Below are positions 61,448 through 64,000 of a stretch of 64,000 nucleotides of DNA, one piece after another; position 1 is the first letter of the stretch, and every line of letters starts with the position of its first letter. The position numbers and the translations under genes were made by a program. Location: contig JAGIQG010000031.1 of NCBI GenBank assembly GCA_024679065.1, forward strand, positions 2,356,001-2,420,000, given 5' to 3'. The notes below the pieces were generated by a model. It had not been told where the DNA came from, searched no databases, and saw only the letters and a program-made list of their open reading frames with translations. This DNA is from Sphyrna mokarran. Lineage: Eukaryota.

Positions 61448-62395
61448 ATTTATAAATGATCTGGATGAGGGTATTGAGGGATGGATCAGTAAATTTGCAG
61501 ATGATACTAAAGTTGGTGGTGTGGTAGATAGTGAAGAGGGGTGTTTTAGTTTACAGAGTGACTTGGACAAGTTGCAGAGCTGGGCCGAGAGGTGGCAAAT
61601 GGAGTTTAATGTGGAAAAGTGTGAGGTAATGCACTTTGGCAGGAACAATAAATGTGTAGAGTATAGGGCTAATGGTAGGGCTCTTAATAGTGTTGAGGAA
61701 CAGAAGGATCTTGGTGTATGTGTCAATAGATCCCTGAAAGTAGGCAGTCAAGTGGATAAAGTTGTTAAGAAGGCGTATGGAGTCTTAGCTTTTATTGGTA
61801 GGGGGATTGAATTTAGGAGCCGCAGCATCATGTTGCAGCTGTACAAAACTCTAGTGCGGCCGCACTTGGAGTATTGTGTGCAGTTCTGGTCGCCACATTA
61901 TAAGAAAGATGTGGAGGCATTGGAGAGGGTACAGAGGAGGTTTACCAGGATGTTGCCTGGTATGGAGGGCAGGTCCTATGAAGAGAGGTTGAAGGATTTG
62001 AGGTTGTTTTCGTTAGAAAGGAGGCGGCTAAGAGGGGATCTTATTGAAGCATATAAGATGATTAGAGGTTTAGATAGGGTGGACAGTGATAGCCTTTTTC
62101 CTAGGATGGAGAAAGCTAGCACGAGGGGACACAGCTTTAAATTAAGGGGTATGAGTTATAGGACGGATATCAGAGGTAGGTTCTTTACTCAAAGAGTGAT
62201 TAGGGAGTGGAATGCCCTGCCTGCAGCTGTTGTAGATGCGCCAAGTTTGGTGGCGTTTAAGAGGTTAGTTGATAAGTATATGGATGAGAAGGGAATGGTT
62301 TAGTTAGGAGGGGCATTGCTTTTTATTTTGGTCGGCACAACATCGAAGGCCGAAGGGCCTGTTCTGTGCTGTATTGTTCTATGTTCTATGTTCTA
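61448..62395 (+). mobile_element. Young CR1 3' fragment
   Basis: Intact ORF 61521-62303 and tail. Confidence 0.95.
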
Positions 62396-62671
62396 ATGAG
62401 GCCGATACCCAGAGGTGAGTACTTATATAGAGGCACTTAGTCCTAGAATCATAGATGATCGAATACATGTACTGCAGACGGAGGACATTCAGCCTTCCCT
62501 CCCGAGACTACTCCGATTCTTACAAAGTTCCTATCTCTCGACGGATGCTTTCTTGGCTGACTGGTTCGTCGTACAAAGTCAATTCGCCTGGTGTTAGCAA
62601 TCTGAAAGAATATGTGTGTGCAAGTATCAGAAAATCAGCAGGATACAGGGACGTCCCGGAAGTGCAATAAG

Positions 62672-62990
62672 GGCGACCTGGCGGGTACTGTGGTTAACAC
62701 TGTTGCCTCGTACCTTCAGATGCCCGGGTGCAATTTCTGGCTTGGGTCACTGTCTGTGTGGAATTTGCACATTCTCCCGTGCCTGTGTGGGTTTGCTGTG
62801 GGTGCGCCGATTTCCTCCCACAGTCCAAAGTTAGGTGGGTTACGTGTATTGTCCTGCTAAATTGCTCTCTGGGAGGCTAGCTAGGGTAAACGCATGGGGT
62901 TATGGGGATAAGGCCCAGTTCGTGTTGTTGTCGGCGCAGAATCGGTTGACTGAATGGCATCCCTTTGCACTGGCAGGTTCTTTGTGTTCT
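62672..62990 (+). mobile_element. V-SINE (HE1-like)
   Basis: gtggttaacactgttgcctc...ggaatttgcacattctcccgtg core. Confidence 0.8.
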
Positions 62991-64000
62991 ACAGGAAAAT
63001 GGGTGTACTTGACTCATAAAGTTTTAGCTCATGGGCTAAAGAATATGGGAGGAATAGCAGTATCAGGATAAGACGCCAAGTACTGGGCACCATACACTAA
63101 CTGTGCTATAAATAAATCTTAAGCACTTTAACATATCATCAGTCTTCTTACTTACCTTATCGCAGAAATAAGGCTCACTGCACGGCTTGCTTTCTTCGGG
63201 TGTGTGATTCTCCACTGATAACTTCAACATTTTAAAACCTTTATTTCATGGGGCCATTAGTCGATCTACCTTTCTGCCATGCTAAATATTTTCATTGAGC
63301 ATCAAATATCAAATTTACAGTTTAATATCAGATGCCAAAGGTAGCCAGGCCCCTGGAAGCTGGACGTCTGATGGGAATTGGATGCACAATCAGAGGCAAT
63401 TTAATTGTCTCTTACAGCATGAGGTCGAGGGATATCGTAATTGCCCGTCTCTCTTCTGCCCACTCCAGAAATTCCGTGTTGCTTTTCACTCCCCATCTGA
63501 TTATTTACACACACTCCCCCGTCAGAATTGTGACTAGGGAACCTGAACACCGGGATAATGTACTGGCGACCTGGGTTTCAGTGTCGACATGGCGGATGGT
63601 GACATTCCAATTCAATAATAAAATAGTCTGGAATTGAAACCTGAGATTGACCATGAAAGTATTATTTATTGTCATAAAAAAACATTTGGCCAAATAATGT
63701 CTGTTAGGGGAAGTCACCTGGTGTTGTCGAACTTTTGACCCCATACACACAGCAACATTGTAGATTCCTAACTGATTTTGGCATTTGTGTAGGAAATCTT
63801 TTGAATGAGATTATGGATTGGCGAAAAATGTTGGATCAGCCAGTAATGCCCTTATATGTGAGAAAGGTATTCCTGTGAAATTGAACGAATTGGACAACCT
63901 TTTCTTTGACAGGGAAACAATAATCTTGAAGAAGGTAATTGATGAGGCAGAATGCTATCAAATGTAGCTAAGGCAGCTACCAAATTTCGAAGTGTTCGGG

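Noticed and set aside
52745-62303. Long RT/endonuclease ORFs as a host gene or novel RT system
   Set aside because: All are standard CR1 ORF1/ORF2 sequence; the antisense ORFs are shadows of these.

Overview
This is eukaryotic, LINE-rich genomic DNA. The HE1/V-SINE-like and Deu-type SINEs and the HER1/CR1 LINEs point to a cartilaginous fish (inference). Most long ORFs in the supplied track are CR1 ORF1/ORF2 fragments. Between the repeats I could assemble by hand, using GT-AG junctions with matching phases, two divergently transcribed (head-to-head) immunoglobulin-superfamily genes. Gene A is on the - strand (ATG 10131, ending about 2449) and gene B is on the + strand (ATG 25479, stop 38876). 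Each encodes leader / germline-joined V(J) domain / antigen-receptor-type C1 domain / stalk Cys plus uncharged TM / tyrosine-containing tail, and I saw no RSS at either V exon. Gene B has a canonical FGxG J motif, a perfect Ig octamer in its promoter and an ITSM-like TLYAQL. The pair looks like a non-rearranging, TCR/IgL-shaped receptor, possibly a disulfide-linked heterodimer, resembling the PRARP/VJ-C1 'antigen-receptor precursor' family. The 52.6-62.4 kb block is one full-length CR1 broken by three younger nested CR1 insertions, with a fourth abutting its 5' end. Repeat boundaries are approximate; exon boundaries were counted by hand.
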